Shown here one piece after another: positions 10,316 through 23,701 of a DNA stretch of 64,000 nt. The notes below the pieces were generated by a model that was not told the DNA's origin, did no database searches, and saw only the letters and a list, made by a program, of their open reading frames with translations. The DNA is taken from positions 26,567 to 90,566 of the forward strand of contig JALUYA010000032.1 in assembly GCA_027018875.1 (NCBI GenBank), read 5' to 3'. Position 1 is the stretch's first letter. Every line of letters begins with the position of its first letter. The position numbers and the translations under genes were made by a program. Source of the stretch: Gammaproteobacteria bacterium. GTDB taxonomy: Bacteria; Pseudomonadota; Gammaproteobacteria; JAKDMP01.

Positions 10316-11130
10316 TCATTCTCCACAGGCAAGAGTACGATTCCAATGCAAAGCCGCCGTGCCCGGTCGCACGCCGTGCCAAAGAAAAAACGATTCGGCC
10401 GCCTGCTCCAGCAACATCCCCCAGCCATCGACGGCTTGCGCCCCGAGCGCGGAGGCTCGGCGCAGGAAAGGGCTGGGCGAATCGGCATAGACCAAGTCGT
10501 AGGCGAGAGTCGATGCGCGATCCATCGCCCCCGGGGGGAAATCCGGACACTCCCCCGCAAGCGAAGCCGAGGTGGCATTGACCACCAGTTGATACGGCCC
10601 GCGGCAGGCGCTGCGCGGAAGCGCCCGGACCCGCTCGATACCGAGTCGCCGCGCCAGCGCCCGGGCCCGCGCGGGGGTACGGTTCAAAAGCGTAATCTCA
10701 TCCATGCCCGCCTCCATCAAGGCGGGCACAATGCCCGCGGCGGCACCCCCGGCCCCGAGAATCAGCCCCCGCGCCCCGCGCAGGTCGAAGCCCAACCGTG
10801 CCAGATCCCGCACCAGGCCGAGCCCATCGACGTTATCGGCCCGAAGCCGGCCGGAAACGATCCGGAGCACGTTCGCCACCCCGCAACGCCCGGCCGCGAC
10901 ACCGGCTTCCGCGGCCAGGGCCAGCGCGGCGGCCTTGTACGGCAGAGTCACGTTCAATCCACGGCCCGACGCCGCGAAGAACGCCCGCACCTCGGAGCCG
11001 AAATCGCCGGCCCGGGCCTCGATCAGTCGGTACTCCACCTCCAGGCCCAGCTGCGCGGCGAATACCCGGTGAATCCCCGGGGAGCGGCTGTGCGCGACGG
11101 GGCAACCGATCAGGCCGGTGCGGACCGCCA

Positions 11131-11131
<1 letters not shown>
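10316..11131 (-). CDS. aroE: Shikimate dehydrogenase
   Basis: HSRSP, GLNVTLPYK, DNVDG, LGAGGAA, NRT, DGWGMLLEQAA. Confidence 0.93.
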
Positions 11132-12171
<1,040 letters not shown>

Positions 12172-12579
12172 TCATATAGATATATTAGACGTCAAGTTCA
12201 TTTCGGCTCCGTTGGGGAAATAGGCCGTCAGCTCGACGATCAGCCAGTTTTTCCCCAGTGCAATCGCCTCGCCCTTGATAAGAACCCGTCCACGGGGTCC
12301 GCTCAGGGGAAATTCATAGCGAACCCTGGCCTGGGAACCCAAATGGGAAAAACGATACTTGGCCGTGGCGACCGATGCCTTCAGGGGCATCCCCAGCACC
12401 GCCATCAGCCGCATATTGCCGCTTGCCTGGCGCAGGCTGACCCGGTAAACCTGCTCGAACAACCGGGCCTCGGCCGGAGCCCGCTCCAGCCACAGATAGA
12501 GCGCCGCCCCGGCAAGTGCCGCAAACACGATAATTAGAAAATAACGTAACCGGCCTTCCCAACGCTTTTTCCCCACCAT
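12172..12579 (-). CDS. Membrane-anchored protein, Coa1/Tim21-like
   Basis: Single N-terminal TM, then LGMPL...FPLSGPRG...W pattern resembling the Coa1 family. Confidence 0.55.
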   Translation of the reverse strand: MVGKKRWEGRLRYFLIIVFAALAGAALYLWLERAPAEARLFEQVYRVSLRQASGNMRLMAVLGMPLKASVATAKYRFSHLGSQARVRYEFPLSGPRGRVLIKGEAIALGKNWLIVELTAYFPNGAEMNLTSNISI

Positions 12580-12708
12580 TCCATCCCCCCTCGGGATCAC
12601 CCGCCCGGTACAAACCCGGCCTCTCTTTCAAACTCCATAAAATGCCGTTTAATGAGCCATGCATCAAAAAGCGAGTGCCTGCACACGGAAATAGTTTACC
12701 TCGCCGCC

Positions 12709-14046
12709 TCACTTACCGATACAGAAGCGGCTGAAAATAACTCCGAGAAGCTCCTCGCTCGAGCTCTCGCCGGTGATCTCTCCCACCGCCCGCTGTGCCC
12801 GGGCAAGGTCCTCGGCCAAAAGTTCCGGCGCAACCTGGGACTCCGCCTGCGCCAGTAACTCGCAGACCCGCCCCAGTATTTCAAGCTGATATCGCTGTAC
12901 CACGAACCGCGCACCCGCCGAATTGGAGGATTCGCCAAGCGCGCATTCCCGCAACCGCGCAATCAACACATCGAGCCCGGCCCCGGTTTTCGCCGAAACC
13001 GCAATCGCCGGCTCGCCGCCGACTTCACGCTCACCCGCTATCCCGTCACCCAGATCGATCTTGTTCAACACCAGCAGGCGCGGAACGCCGGGAGCAATCT
13101 CCTCTCCCCCGCCAGGCTCGGTTCCGGCACGTACTTCGATGACCCGGTCCGCCCGCAGCGCCCGCGCCCGCGCCCGCCGTCCACCCTCCAGTTCAACCGG
13201 ATCGCCCCCGCCGCCTTGGCGCAGCCCCGCGGTATCCACCAGCCGGATGCGCAATCCATCGATCACTACCTCCGCCTCGATCAGATCCCGCGTAGTCCCC
13301 GGAATTTCCGTAACAATTGCCCGTTCGCTGCCGTTCAGTGCATTGAACAGCGACGACTTGCCCACGTTCGGCGCCCCCACCAGCACGCAGACATACCCCT
13401 CGATCAGGCGCCGTCCGCGGGCGGCGATATCTTCCAGGGCTTCGAACCGGGACCTGATCTCGGCCACCTCGCGCCGCACCACCACATACTCCTCGGGCAC
13501 CTCATCTTCCGGAAAGTCGAGCAGAGCCTCGGTTCTTGCCCGGCACGCCAGCAGGGCTTGCGCGAGCGGGCGCAACCGGTCCGAAAACCGCCCTTCCAGC
13601 GTGGCAAAGGCGGCGCGGGCGGCGGCCCGGGAATCGGCCTCGATCAGATCCGCGACCGCCCCGACCTGGGCCAGGTCCATCCGCCCGTTCACGAATGCCC
13701 GTTCGGTGAATTCGCCGGGTCGGGCAAGGCGAGCGCCGGCCGCTTGCGCCGCACTCAGCAATTCATCCAGCACGGCGGGGGATCCATGTGCCTGCAACTC
13801 AACCACCTCTTCGCCGGTGTACGAACCAGGAGCGGGAAAGTAAAGTACGAGCCCCCGATCGATCGCCTCGCCATTGACGGCGTGGAAAAAACGCAGCTCG
13901 GCCCGGCGCGGCGCAGGTAGCGGCGGAGCGATCGTCGTGGCCACGTGGGCGGCCCGCGGTCCCGACAGGCGCAAGACCCCGATGCCCCCCCTGCCCGGTG
14001 CGGTGGCAATAGCGACAATGGTGTCACCGGTACCGAATTCAGTCAC
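12709..14046 (-). CDS. mnmE: tRNA modification GTPase
   Basis: [34 protein letters not shown]-terminal FCIGK. Confidence 0.97.
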   Translation of the reverse strand: MTEFGTGDTIVAIATAPGRGGIGVLRLSGPRAAHVATTIAPPLPAPRRAELRFFHAVNGEAIDRGLVLYFPAPGSYTGEEVVELQAHGSPAVLDELLSAAQAAGARLARPGEFTERAFVNGRMDLAQVGAVADLIEADSRAAARAAFATLEGRFSDRLRPLAQALLACRARTEALLDFPEDEVPEEYVVVRREVAEIRSRFEALEDIAARGRRLIEGYVCVLVGAPNVGKSSLFNALNGSERAIVTEIPGTTRDLIEAEVVIDGLRIRLVDTAGLRQGGGGDPVELEGGRRARARALRADRVIEVRAGTEPGGGEEIAPGVPRLLVLNKIDLGDGIAGEREVGGEPAIAVSAKTGAGLDVLIARLRECALGESSNSAGARFVVQRYQLEILGRVCELLAQAESQVAPELLAEDLARAQRAVGEITGESSSEELLGVIFSRFCIGK

Positions 14047-15220
14047 CGTGCCCTGGCGCGTCCAGTAATTGTTTCAGCCCGGCCCGGTAGGCGGCAAGCG
14101 CCTCGTCACGCCGTCCTTCATGCTCGGCAAGCCGTCCCAGCAGACCGGCTAATTCGGGAGAATCCCCTGCCGAGCCGGCCCCTTCGAAAAAGCTTCGTGC
14201 CTGTCCCCACAGGCCCAGTTCCAGGGCAACCCGGCCCGCTTCACGCAGCAACTCTGGCTTATCCCCATATTTTTTCCGCCATTCATTGAGTAATTTCAGG
14301 CGCGTTTCGGGAGACAGCTCTTGCAAGGAAGCAACAGCGCGCGCATCCTCGGGAGAAAACCCGGCGCCAAGATTCCGTTCGAGCAGGGCGAGCGCACGGC
14401 GTGGCTCGCCACGCTCGGTATAGGCCCCGGCCAGTACCCGGCGCAAGTCCGACCGCGAACGCAAGGCTCGCGGCAATTGCCGCCACAGAATATCGGGTTC
14501 GCTCGCCGGATCCGCCAACGCCCCGGCCAAAGCGGTAGCGGCAAGCCGTGCCACATCTGCCTCCGGTAACGCCTTGAAACGCAGCAGGTCATCAAGCAAC
14601 TTGAGTAAATTCCCATGCTCTCCCAGGCTTACGTAAACCCGCGCCAACTGCCGTAATACCATGGGGTGCGCCGTGCGCTCCCCGCGCAGTCGCTGCAGGG
14701 TGGCCAGCGCCCGTTCGCAATCGCCCCGATCAAGCTCAAGCCGCGCCTGGGTCAGCAGCACCGCGGGGCCTGCCCGCGGGACTTCCTTGTCGGCGCGTCT
14801 CAGGTACGCATCGCGCCGATCCCGGGCTCCCGCCGAATCGGCCGCCCGGGCCGCAGCCAACAATGCCGGTAGCTTGAGCCCTCCGCTGGCAGCCTGCTCC
14901 AGGGCCCGCTCGGCGATCGCCAATCGTCCCTCCGCGAGCGCCACCAGTCCGGTGGTAAGAGACCGCGCCGCCCGCTCCTCCGAACGCCGCCGCCGGTGCC
15001 GCCCCAGCGCGCCCGGAATGCCCAGCAAGCGCCGCCACAGGGCCCACAGCCCACCACCCAGAACCAGTACCATAAGGTAGATGAGAACAAACACGAAGAG
15101 GGTGAATTCCACCCGGGTGGTACCGTAGGCTATCAACACATAGCCCGGCACGCGGGACAACAACAAGCCGACCGCCACCGCAGCGGCAATGGCAAACAGC
15201 AGGCCGAGTAGCATCCTCAC
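14039..15220 (-). CDS. hemY: HemY N-terminal domain / TPR membrane protein
   Basis: GYVLIAYG after TM, TPR-like helices, position after hemX. Confidence 0.8.
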   Translation of the reverse strand: MRMLLGLLFAIAAAVAVGLLLSRVPGYVLIAYGTTRVEFTLFVFVLIYLMVLVLGGGLWALWRRLLGIPGALGRHRRRRSEERAARSLTTGLVALAEGRLAIAERALEQAASGGLKLPALLAAARAADSAGARDRRDAYLRRADKEVPRAGPAVLLTQARLELDRGDCERALATLQRLRGERTAHPMVLRQLARVYVSLGEHGNLLKLLDDLLRFKALPEADVARLAATALAGALADPASEPDILWRQLPRALRSRSDLRRVLAGAYTERGEPRRALALLERNLGAGFSPEDARAVASLQELSPETRLKLLNEWRKKYGDKPELLREAGRVALELGLWGQARSFFEGAGSAGDSPELAGLLGRLAEHEGRRDEALAAYRAGLKQLLDAPGHGD

Positions 15221-16356
15221 TGTCGTGCCGCCGCCCGCAATGCCCGCAATTTAGCCAATGCCAATCCCAATTGCGGTAATTTGGGACTCAGCTCGATTTG
15301 CGCCAGTTGCCCGATCGCCGCCGCCATCTGCCGTACCGCGGGTGCGGAGGGGTCGAACCACTCACCCAGCCAGCGGCTTGCCCGCTCCAGGCTGGCACGA
15401 TAAACGCCGGAGCGGCGCTGCAATAATGCCAGCTGCGCCTGCCCCAACGCAAGACGCAGATTCTCGCGGACAAAATAGGCCTGGTTCGGCGGCAGCAGGG
15501 GGCGGGCCAACGGGCCGTGACTCACGACCACCAGGGGAGAGAAGGCCCGTTTGAAGGCGCCGACAATGCCGCTCCAGCCGAAACCGATCGCTTTCCGGGT
15601 CTTGACCGGCGCCTGGGCGGGCACCCGGTTTCCCGCCAGCGGCAGCGAGCCGATCCGCTGCCCCAGGCGGCTCAGGCGGGCATAGATACCGGCTACATTC
15701 GGTTGGGGCACGGCCCTGAGCGCGGCAATCTCCTTGCCCAGCGCCAAACGGACTGCGGCAAACCCCGGGGCGCCCATCGTGGCCAACGCCCGCTCGGCCA
15801 GTTGCAAGGCTTGCGTGGCCCCGGCGACATCGTGCGCCAGTCCCAATCGATCGACCGCAAGGCGCATAAGGGCCGCCGCCTCGTACTCGCGATAACCGTG
15901 GCTGCCGCCGGCAAGCCGGGTCTGGAGCTTTTCCAAGGCGGTACTCATTGCAGCCATTTCGGCCTGCTCCTTGACCTGTAATCGTTGCAGCCGGGCTTGC
16001 AGGTCGTTCAGGTCACGCTGCCGGGCGGCATTGTTCTGTACCGCGATCAAGCGCATGGATTGTGCCGCGACCCGACCCTCCAGCCTGGCGATCCGGCCCT
16101 GTACCCCACGCATCTGATACCAGGCCCAACCCACGCCGGCGACCCCCGCCAAGGCGACCAGGGCCAGGATCAGGGCGACAAACCCCACCCAGATACCCCC
16201 CATATGCGCGGAGGGCGACCGCGGGCGTTCCGGCGGCGTGTAACCCGGGGCCGGGGACTTGGCCGGGTTCTTCGTTTCCGCCTCCACGGGCCCCCCTTCG
16301 GGAGCCATGGGCCGGTCGTTGCCGCCCCCTGGATCACCCTGCTTACTCGATTCCAT
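15217..16356 (-). CDS. hemX: HemX family membrane protein
   Basis: TM plus coiled coil, PLLPPNQAYFVRENLRL, YRASL...WFD; hemCDXY synteny. Confidence 0.85.
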   Translation of the reverse strand: MESSKQGDPGGGNDRPMAPEGGPVEAETKNPAKSPAPGYTPPERPRSPSAHMGGIWVGFVALILALVALAGVAGVGWAWYQMRGVQGRIARLEGRVAAQSMRLIAVQNNAARQRDLNDLQARLQRLQVKEQAEMAAMSTALEKLQTRLAGGSHGYREYEAAALMRLAVDRLGLAHDVAGATQALQLAERALATMGAPGFAAVRLALGKEIAALRAVPQPNVAGIYARLSRLGQRIGSLPLAGNRVPAQAPVKTRKAIGFGWSGIVGAFKRAFSPLVVVSHGPLARPLLPPNQAYFVRENLRLALGQAQLALLQRRSGVYRASLERASRWLGEWFDPSAPAVRQMAAAIGQLAQIELSPKLPQLGLALAKLRALRAAARQ

Positions 16357-17083
16357 AGTTCGCCCTCTTTTTTTGCCACCACTCGATCGCAGCACGGGCC
16401 ATTGCCGCCCCGCCCGCATCCGCCGCCATGGCCACACACTTCCCGTCCAACCGAGATACGGCCCGCGCTACCCGAACGCTGGACACCAACCAGGGAATCG
16501 CCCTGAATCGCGCCCCGAGCACCAACCCCAGCACCCGGACCACCCCGGTACTGCTCACCATTATGGCATCCACGGCGTCCGGCTCAAAGTCACGCCCGGC
16601 CCGAGCCAGGTCCGGGTTCACCCGGCGGCGATACACCGGAAAAACCCCGCCTTGCGCGACCCGCCCGCGCAGTAGCGTTACACTCCGGCGCACGATCGGG
16701 CGGCCGCACACCAAAAGCACCCGCCAATCGGCCAAATCGAGCATTTGCGGTAACTGAAAAAGGCCTTTTAACCCACTGCCCGTGGACGGCGCCAGAACGG
16801 AATCCACCCCTCTCTCCCGCAGACAATCGGCGGTTCCCGGACCCGGGGCCGCCACCCGCATGGTCGGCGCCCGGTGCAGCCTTTCCAGGCCATAGATTAC
16901 GGCGGCGGGACTGGAAAAAATAGCCAGATCCCACGAACCCGGCGGTGGGGTTACCGCTCCCAGCGGTTCGTGGATAAACACGGGGAACTCGATTACCCGG
17001 GCCCCCTCGCGCCGCAACCGGTCCCCGAGCCCGACGTCGCTACGGGTCAGGACAAAGCGGGCGCCCTCAAGCCGTCCCGGCAT
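16343..17083 (-). CDS. hemD: Uroporphyrinogen-III synthase
   Basis: VLTR, IFSSPAAV, GPGTA, VYRR; follows hemC. Confidence 0.85.
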   Translation of the reverse strand: MPGRLEGARFVLTRSDVGLGDRLRREGARVIEFPVFIHEPLGAVTPPPGSWDLAIFSSPAAVIYGLERLHRAPTMRVAAPGPGTADCLRERGVDSVLAPSTGSGLKGLFQLPQMLDLADWRVLLVCGRPIVRRSVTLLRGRVAQGGVFPVYRRRVNPDLARAGRDFEPDAVDAIMVSSTGVVRVLGLVLGARFRAIPWLVSSVRVARAVSRLDGKCVAMAADAGGAAMARAAIEWWQKKRANYGIE

Positions 17084-17984
17084 GCAAATTCAACAATTCG
17101 GCCGCACCCCGCTCGAGCAGCTCCCCGGCCACGGCGGCTCCCAATTCGGCGCCCATGGCACGCCCGCCATAACGCTCGGCTCGAATCACGCGACGGCCGT
17201 CTTCCCGCGCCACCAGCGCCCGCAGCCGAATCCGCCCCGCCGTGACCGTGGCATAAGCCGCTACCGGTGAAGTGCAACCCGCTCCAAGCACCCGGCAACA
17301 GCTCCGTTCGGCGCGGATGGCATCCCGGGTGAGCGGATCTTCGATTGTGGCGGCAAGCGCCAGCACCTCGGCATCATCCGCCCGCGCCTCCAACGCCAAG
17401 GCTCCTTGACCGGGTGCCGGCAACAACTGATCGGGGTCAATCGGCTCCCCCCGGGCGATCCCCAGCCGCTCGAGACCGGCGGCGGCGAGCAGAATCGCAT
17501 CGAACTCGCCGGCATCGAACCGTTCCAGGCGGGTCCCGACTCCGCCCCGCAGAACATCGACGCGGCAATCGGGGCGCAAAGCAAGCACCTGGGCCCGCCG
17601 GCGCAAACTTGCACTACCGATACGGGCTCCCGCCGGCAGGCCCAACAGTCCGCCGGGATAATGCGAAACCAGGCTATCGCGGGGATCGGCGCGCACCGGA
17701 ACGGCGGCAAGGCGGAATCCCGGTTCCAACTGTGTCGGCATATCCTTTAAGGAGTTGACCGCAAGCCGTGCCCGTCCATCGGCCAAGGCCTCTTCCAGCG
17801 TCTTGATGAACAATCCCTTCCCACCCAGAACGGCAAGGGAACGATCGAGCAATTCGTCGCCTCGAGTCGAAAGCGCCAGCACCCCGGTCTTAAGCCCGGG
17901 GTGCCCGGCCCTAATTGCAGCCATCACCCATTCGGTCTGCCGTCGGGCCAATGAACTCTTGCGGGAAGCAAAAATTATTCGCAT
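17067..17984 (-). CDS. hemC: Hydroxymethylbilane synthase
   Basis: SRKSSLA, GGKGLFIK, SLKDMP, SLRRRAQ, LAAAGL, GCTSP cofactor Cys. Confidence 0.95.
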   Translation of the reverse strand: MRIIFASRKSSLARRQTEWVMAAIRAGHPGLKTGVLALSTRGDELLDRSLAVLGGKGLFIKTLEEALADGRARLAVNSLKDMPTQLEPGFRLAAVPVRADPRDSLVSHYPGGLLGLPAGARIGSASLRRRAQVLALRPDCRVDVLRGGVGTRLERFDAGEFDAILLAAAGLERLGIARGEPIDPDQLLPAPGQGALALEARADDAEVLALAATIEDPLTRDAIRAERSCCRVLGAGCTSPVAAYATVTAGRIRLRALVAREDGRRVIRAERYGGRAMGAELGAAVAGELLERGAAELLNLHAGTA

Positions 17985-18706
17985 CGATCATTTCCTCGTT
18001 CAATATAGGCAGCGACGCGGCGCTTGAGCCGCCGCGCTACCGGCAGCCGTGAACCGTCATCGAGTTCCACCCAAGCGCCGGCGGGACCGGATAACAGCCG
18101 CCGCAACGCGGAGCAGCGAACCAGAAGATCCCGCCGAATCCGCATAAACCGGGCGCCGAACTCATTCTCCAACGCCGTCAATGACTCATTGATGGCCACC
18201 TCACCGCCGGCGTAATGCACCAGCGTCGTCTTGTCGCAGGCACGGAAGTAGTTCACCTCGAGAAGTGGAATCATACGCAACTCGCGCCCAACCCGTGCCG
18301 CCAGGTACCGCCGCGATTGCACCCTGGCCAAGTTGAGCAACTGCGCCCGCGAGGGGCGACAGGCACGGGCAATGGCCGCGGCCAGCCGTTCGCGGTTCAC
18401 CGGCTTGACCAGATAGGCCGCTGCCCCGGCCTGCAGCGCCCCGAGCGCCCGATCGGCCAGGGCGGTCACAAACACCACGGCGGGCGGCGGCGTCTCGGCC
18501 GCAAGCGCCATCGCCACGGACAGACCATCGCCCTCGGGCATGCGGATATCGAGCAATACCAGGTCGGGATTCCAGCGGGAAACCCCGGCCAGGGTTTCCC
18601 GGCCGGTCGCGGCCTCGGCCACCACTTCACCGGCCCCCGCGGCATCGACCAAGCGCCGCAAACGCTGCCGTGCAAGTGGCTCATCGTCGGCTATCAGAAT
18701 CCGCAT
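17975..18706 (-). CDS. algR: LytTR response regulator (AlgR-like)
   Basis: IADDEPLAR, LDIRMP receiver plus LytTR domain; algZ-algR-hemC synteny. Confidence 0.85.
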   Translation of the reverse strand: MRILIADDEPLARQRLRRLVDAAGAGEVVAEAATGRETLAGVSRWNPDLVLLDIRMPEGDGLSVAMALAAETPPPAVVFVTALADRALGALQAGAAAYLVKPVNRERLAAAIARACRPSRAQLLNLARVQSRRYLAARVGRELRMIPLLEVNYFRACDKTTLVHYAGGEVAINESLTALENEFGARFMRIRRDLLVRCSALRRLLSGPAGAWVELDDGSRLPVARRLKRRVAAYIERGNDRCE

Positions 18707-19748
18707 CCATCCGCCTCCAGGGGCACAGAATACGCACCCGGAAGATAGCATCTTTACGTTCCACCGCGATTTCGGCCGCCTCCCCCCAGGCCAACGCCAG
18801 CCGCGCGCGCACACCGGCAAGACCGACCCCGTGGCCCGAGCCGGGATTCCACTCCGCCAGTGGGTTTTCGACCACCAGTTCCAGCCGCTTGCCACGGGGC
18901 GCCGCCCCGATTCGCACCCGGCCCGGACCGGACCGGGGCTCGATGCCATGCACCACGGCATTTTCCACCAAGGGTTGAAGCAAAAACGGTGGAATAGCCA
19001 CCTGTTCGGCCCCCTCGGCAATGCACCAATCAACCTGCAACCGGGGTCCAAGCCGGCGTGCTTCGATGGCCAGGTACCGCCGCGCGAACTCCAGTTCCTC
19101 GGCCAGGGAAACCCGGGCCGGGCGCGCCGTCAACGCGTGACGAAACAACTCGGCCAAATCTTCGAGGGTGCGTTCGGCGGCCTCGGGATTGGCGTGAACC
19201 AGCGCGGCCGCGGTATTCAGGGTGTTAAACAGAAAGTGAGGCTCGATGCGCGCCTCCAACGCCTCCAGCCGGCTTCCGGCCTCGCGGCGGACGTTATCGC
19301 GCCACTCTGCACGCACATAGAGATAGCGCAACACCAGGGCATCGACAATCGCGGCAGCCATCACGAGCCGCACCATCCAGCCCGAATGGCTCCAGGGCCC
19401 GAAACCCGGCGCCCCATAGATCGAATGCACCAGGTAAGCCCCCTCGCCGACCAGCGCCGCCACGGCCAGCAAGGCGAAATAGGCCGACAAGACCGCCGCT
19501 ACCGGAGGCAGTGCCAGCAGATACCGGCGCAGCAAGCACAAGGCGGCCGCGCTGGCCAGGGTCAAGAACTCCGCCAGCAGCACGAGCCGCCCGAGGTCGG
19601 GCCAGAATCCCGGGAGTTCACCACGCGCCAGCGCCAGGGTGATCGCGACCAGCGCGGCAAACAAGATCAGCGTCAGCGTGGCCTCGGCGCTGCACAGATC
19701 CGGCAAAAACCCCTCTCTTTGTCCGCGCGATACCGGAATAGGGTTCAT
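18681..19748 (-). CDS. algZ: LytS-type sensor histidine kinase (AlgZ/FimS-like)
   Basis: ARIEPHFLFNTLN, LQPLVENAVVHG, GHGVGL; N-terminal TMs. Confidence 0.85.
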   Translation of the reverse strand: MNPIPVSRGQREGFLPDLCSAEATLTLILFAALVAITLALARGELPGFWPDLGRLVLLAEFLTLASAAALCLLRRYLLALPPVAAVLSAYFALLAVAALVGEGAYLVHSIYGAPGFGPWSHSGWMVRLVMAAAIVDALVLRYLYVRAEWRDNVRREAGSRLEALEARIEPHFLFNTLNTAAALVHANPEAAERTLEDLAELFRHALTARPARVSLAEELEFARRYLAIEARRLGPRLQVDWCIAEGAEQVAIPPFLLQPLVENAVVHGIEPRSGPGRVRIGAAPRGKRLELVVENPLAEWNPGSGHGVGLAGVRARLALAWGEAAEIAVERKDAIFRVRILCPWRRMDADSDSRR

Positions 19749-21604
19749 CGATCCAAGTAGGTATAGGCCTTGAGCCCACGTTCCAGCAGAACCTGCAACT
19801 CGCACCGGCGTTGCGGGTCCAGCCCGGAACGGGCCAGGCGGCGGCGCCAGGTTCGCACCAGCGCCTGCGGAGGAATATGCACGTAGCGCAGCAAATCCTC
19901 GGCGCTGTCACCGCGGCGGGTGTCATGCAGCGTGTAACCCGACTCATTCACCGTTATATTCACGGCGTTGGTATCACCGAACAGATTATGCATGTCGCCC
20001 AGAATCTCCTGGTAGGCGCCTACCAGGAAAATACCCAACAGGTAGGGCCGCCCGTCCGGCTCGTGTACCGCCAGGACGGACTCCAGCCCCCGTCCCCCGA
20101 CGTAGAGGTCGATCCGCCCATCGGAATCGCAGGTCAGATCGCGCAACAGGGCATGGCGCCCGGGCGGCTCGTTAAGCCGCCCGAGCGCCGCGATCGGGAA
20201 CACCTGCCCGATGGCCCAGATATCGGGTAGAGACTGGAAAATCGAAAGGTTGATGAACAGGCGGTCGGCCAGCTTTTCGGTCAGGGTTTCGGCCAGTTCG
20301 CGTTGCGCGGCACGGGCCGGATCCAATCGCCCGAGTACCCGCTGCGCCAGCGCCAGATGAATGGCCTCGGCCCGGGCGCGGGCGGCAAGATCGATCAGCC
20401 CGTGGCTGAAAAGCGAGTGCACTTCCCCGATCCAGTACCGGGCATCGGCGTAGGCCTCCTGGGGATTGATGACGGCGGCCCGGCAATAGGCTTGCCATAA
20501 TTCCCGCAAGGCCGGGTGCGCCTCCGGATCCGGCTCTGCGGGGGGTTGCCGAATCACGGGACACTCGGTTTCCACCACATTGGTCAACAGCACCGCGTGA
20601 TGCGCCGTCAAGGCCCGCCCCGACTCGGAAAAAACCGCCGGATTCGGCAACCCCTGGGCGCTACAGACCTCGGCCAGCGCCCGCACCACCGCCTCGGCGT
20701 ATTGCCCGAGGCTGTAGTTCATCGAACAATCGCTGCGCGAACGGGTACCCTCGTAATCCACCCCGAGTCCACCCCCTACATCAACCACTTCGATCGGGGC
20801 GCCCAGAGCCCGCAGCTCGGCATAGAACCGCGCAGTCTCCGCCATGCCACGCTGAATGTCACGGATATTGGCCACCTGGGATCCGAGGTGGACATGTACC
20901 AGCCGCAACCAGTCCAGATGACCGCTTCCGCGTAGCTGATCCACCAGGGTGATCAGCTCGGTTGCGGTCAGGCCGAACTTCGATTTTTCGCCCCCCGTAT
21001 TCTGCCACTTGCCCGCCGAAGCGCTGGCTAAACGCACGCGCACGCCGAGGCGCGGAGTCACACCGAGGGCGGCGGCCTCGCCGAGCAATAACTCGAGTTC
21101 CCCCGGCTTCTCGATCACGATATATACGCGATACCCCATCAGCCCGCCAGCCAGCGCCAGGCGCAAGCCCTCACGATCCTTGTAGCCATTGAATACGATG
21201 GTGCTGGAGCGATGCGCCAGGCCGAGCACCGCGATCAACTCCGGCTTGCTGCCTGCCTCGAGCCCGACCCGATCCGCGCCCAGGCGGGTGATTTCACGGA
21301 TCACGTGACGTTCCTGGTTGACCTTGATCGGGTAAATCAGCCGATAGGCACCGCGGTAGGCGTGCCCGGTTCGCGCTCCGGCAAAGGCATCGATCAATTC
21401 AACGGCCCGGCGCCTGAGCATATCCCCGAAGCGCACCAGGACCGGCAGGCGAATTCCGCCGCGCTGGAGCCGCTCGGCCAGATCCATCAGATCCACCTCG
21501 GCCCCCCCCGCCACGGGCCGCGCAACGAGATGCCCGGCGGCGTTCACCCCGAAATACCCGCCGCCCCAACGATCAATACCATAGTCCGCGCCGCTTGCCG
21601 CCAC
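19745..21604 (-). CDS. speA: Biosynthetic arginine decarboxylase
   Basis: YPIKVNQ PLP lysine, GLEAGSKPE, HLGSQ, TCDSDG, GAYQEILGDMHNLFG. Confidence 0.96.
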   Translation of the reverse strand: MAASGADYGIDRWGGGYFGVNAAGHLVARPVAGGAEVDLMDLAERLQRGGIRLPVLVRFGDMLRRRAVELIDAFAGARTGHAYRGAYRLIYPIKVNQERHVIREITRLGADRVGLEAGSKPELIAVLGLAHRSSTIVFNGYKDREGLRLALAGGLMGYRVYIVIEKPGELELLLGEAAALGVTPRLGVRVRLASASAGKWQNTGGEKSKFGLTATELITLVDQLRGSGHLDWLRLVHVHLGSQVANIRDIQRGMAETARFYAELRALGAPIEVVDVGGGLGVDYEGTRSRSDCSMNYSLGQYAEAVVRALAEVCSAQGLPNPAVFSESGRALTAHHAVLLTNVVETECPVIRQPPAEPDPEAHPALRELWQAYCRAAVINPQEAYADARYWIGEVHSLFSHGLIDLAARARAEAIHLALAQRVLGRLDPARAAQRELAETLTEKLADRLFINLSIFQSLPDIWAIGQVFPIAALGRLNEPPGRHALLRDLTCDSDGRIDLYVGGRGLESVLAVHEPDGRPYLLGIFLVGAYQEILGDMHNLFGDTNAVNITVNESGYTLHDTRRGDSAEDLLRYVHIPPQALVRTWRRRLARSGLDPQRRCELQVLLERGLKAYTYLDR

Positions 21605-21681
21605 CTGTCGAGTACTCCCATTCCAACCGGATCGCCGAATCTCTCTATACTAATCGGCCTTGACAATCTTGCGAAACGAAA

Positions 21682-22542
21682 ATGACGCTCGACGAAAAAA
21701 AATGGTTTCTTGAATCCGCCGAAGAGGCGGGAACGGTATTCGGCCTCAAGGTAACGGCCAAGCTACACGGTGAATGCAGTCCGTATCAGTCGATCGAGGT
21801 ATATGACACCTTGAAATTCGGCCGCCTGCTGGTCATCGACGGCTACATCATGCTTGCCCAGCGGGATAATTTCCTCTATCACGAAATGTTGGTCCATCCG
21901 GCGCTTTTCACCCATGCCGGCCCCCGGCGGGTCATTATCATCGGTGGCGGCGACTGCGGCAGTCTCACCGAGGCGCTGAAGCATGAAGGGGTCGAGCAGG
22001 TTACCCAGATCGAGATCGACGAACGGGTCACCCGGGTCTCGGAACGCTATTTTCCTGAACTGACGGCCGGCATCGCCGACCCCCGCGCCCGGCTTCGGTT
22101 CACGGACGGCATTGCCTGGATGCGGGCCGCCCCGGCGGCAAGCGCCGATGTTATAATCGTCGACAGCACCGACCCCATCGGTCCCGCGAAGGGGCTATTC
22201 GAATCCGCCTTTTACGCCCAGTGTCATCGCGTGCTGGCTCCCGGCGGCATGTTGGCCCACCAGAGCGAATCCCCCTTTCTGCACCTCGAATTGATCCGCG
22301 CCATGCGCCTTGCCATGCGCGAGGCGGGCTTCCACGCGGTCGCCACCCTGGACTTTCCCCAGCCGGTCTATCCTTCCGGCTGGTGGTCGGCCACACTGGC
22401 CCGAAAAGGAGCCAACCTGGATGGTTTCCGCGAAACGGCCGCCGAGCGCCGCGCCTTCGAAACCCGCTACTACAGCCCGGCGACCCACCGCGCGGCGCTC
22501 GCCCTGCCCCCCTTCGTCCTTGAGGCCCTGGAAGGCAGTTGA
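21682..22542 (+). CDS. speE: Spermidine synthase
   Basis: YHEMLVHP, IIGGGDCG, EID, IVDSTDPIGPA. Confidence 0.95.
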   Translation: MTLDEKKWFLESAEEAGTVFGLKVTAKLHGECSPYQSIEVYDTLKFGRLLVIDGYIMLAQRDNFLYHEMLVHPALFTHAGPRRVIIIGGGDCGSLTEALKHEGVEQVTQIEIDERVTRVSERYFPELTAGIADPRARLRFTDGIAWMRAAPAASADVIIVDSTDPIGPAKGLFESAFYAQCHRVLAPGGMLAHQSESPFLHLELIRAMRLAMREAGFHAVATLDFPQPVYPSGWWSATLARKGANLDGFRETAAERRAFETRYYSPATHRAALALPPFVLEALEGS

Positions 22543-22581
22543 ACCCCAACGGGACCGGTTGGCGCGGTTGCGAACCCGTGC

Positions 22582-23392
<811 letters not shown>

Positions 23393-23426
23393 CTACACTC
23401 AGCATATTCCATCGCTTACCCGAATT

Positions 23427-23684
23427 ATGCAAACCAATCCCCGTTTTCTCGATGAACTTGCCCAGCGCTTCACCGCGGGGCTGCCGCAACCTCTGCGCCA
23501 GGCCCGGGAGGACCTGGAACGCAATTTCCGCAGCGTGGTCGAAGCCGGACTGGCGCGGCTCAACCTGGTCACGCGCGAGGAGTTCGATGCCCAAAACGCA
23601 TTGCTCGCGCGAACCCGGGAACATCTGGATCGACTGGCCGCAAGACTTGCCGAGATCGAAACTCAACCCAAGGATCCCGGCTGA
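23427..23684 (+). CDS. ubiK: UbiK / BMFP accessory factor
   Basis: LNLVTREEFDAQ...RTRE. Confidence 0.88.
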   Translation: MQTNPRFLDELAQRFTAGLPQPLRQAREDLERNFRSVVEAGLARLNLVTREEFDAQNALLARTREHLDRLAARLAEIETQPKDPG

Positions 23685-23701
23685 GCACCAGAGCCGATCC
23701 G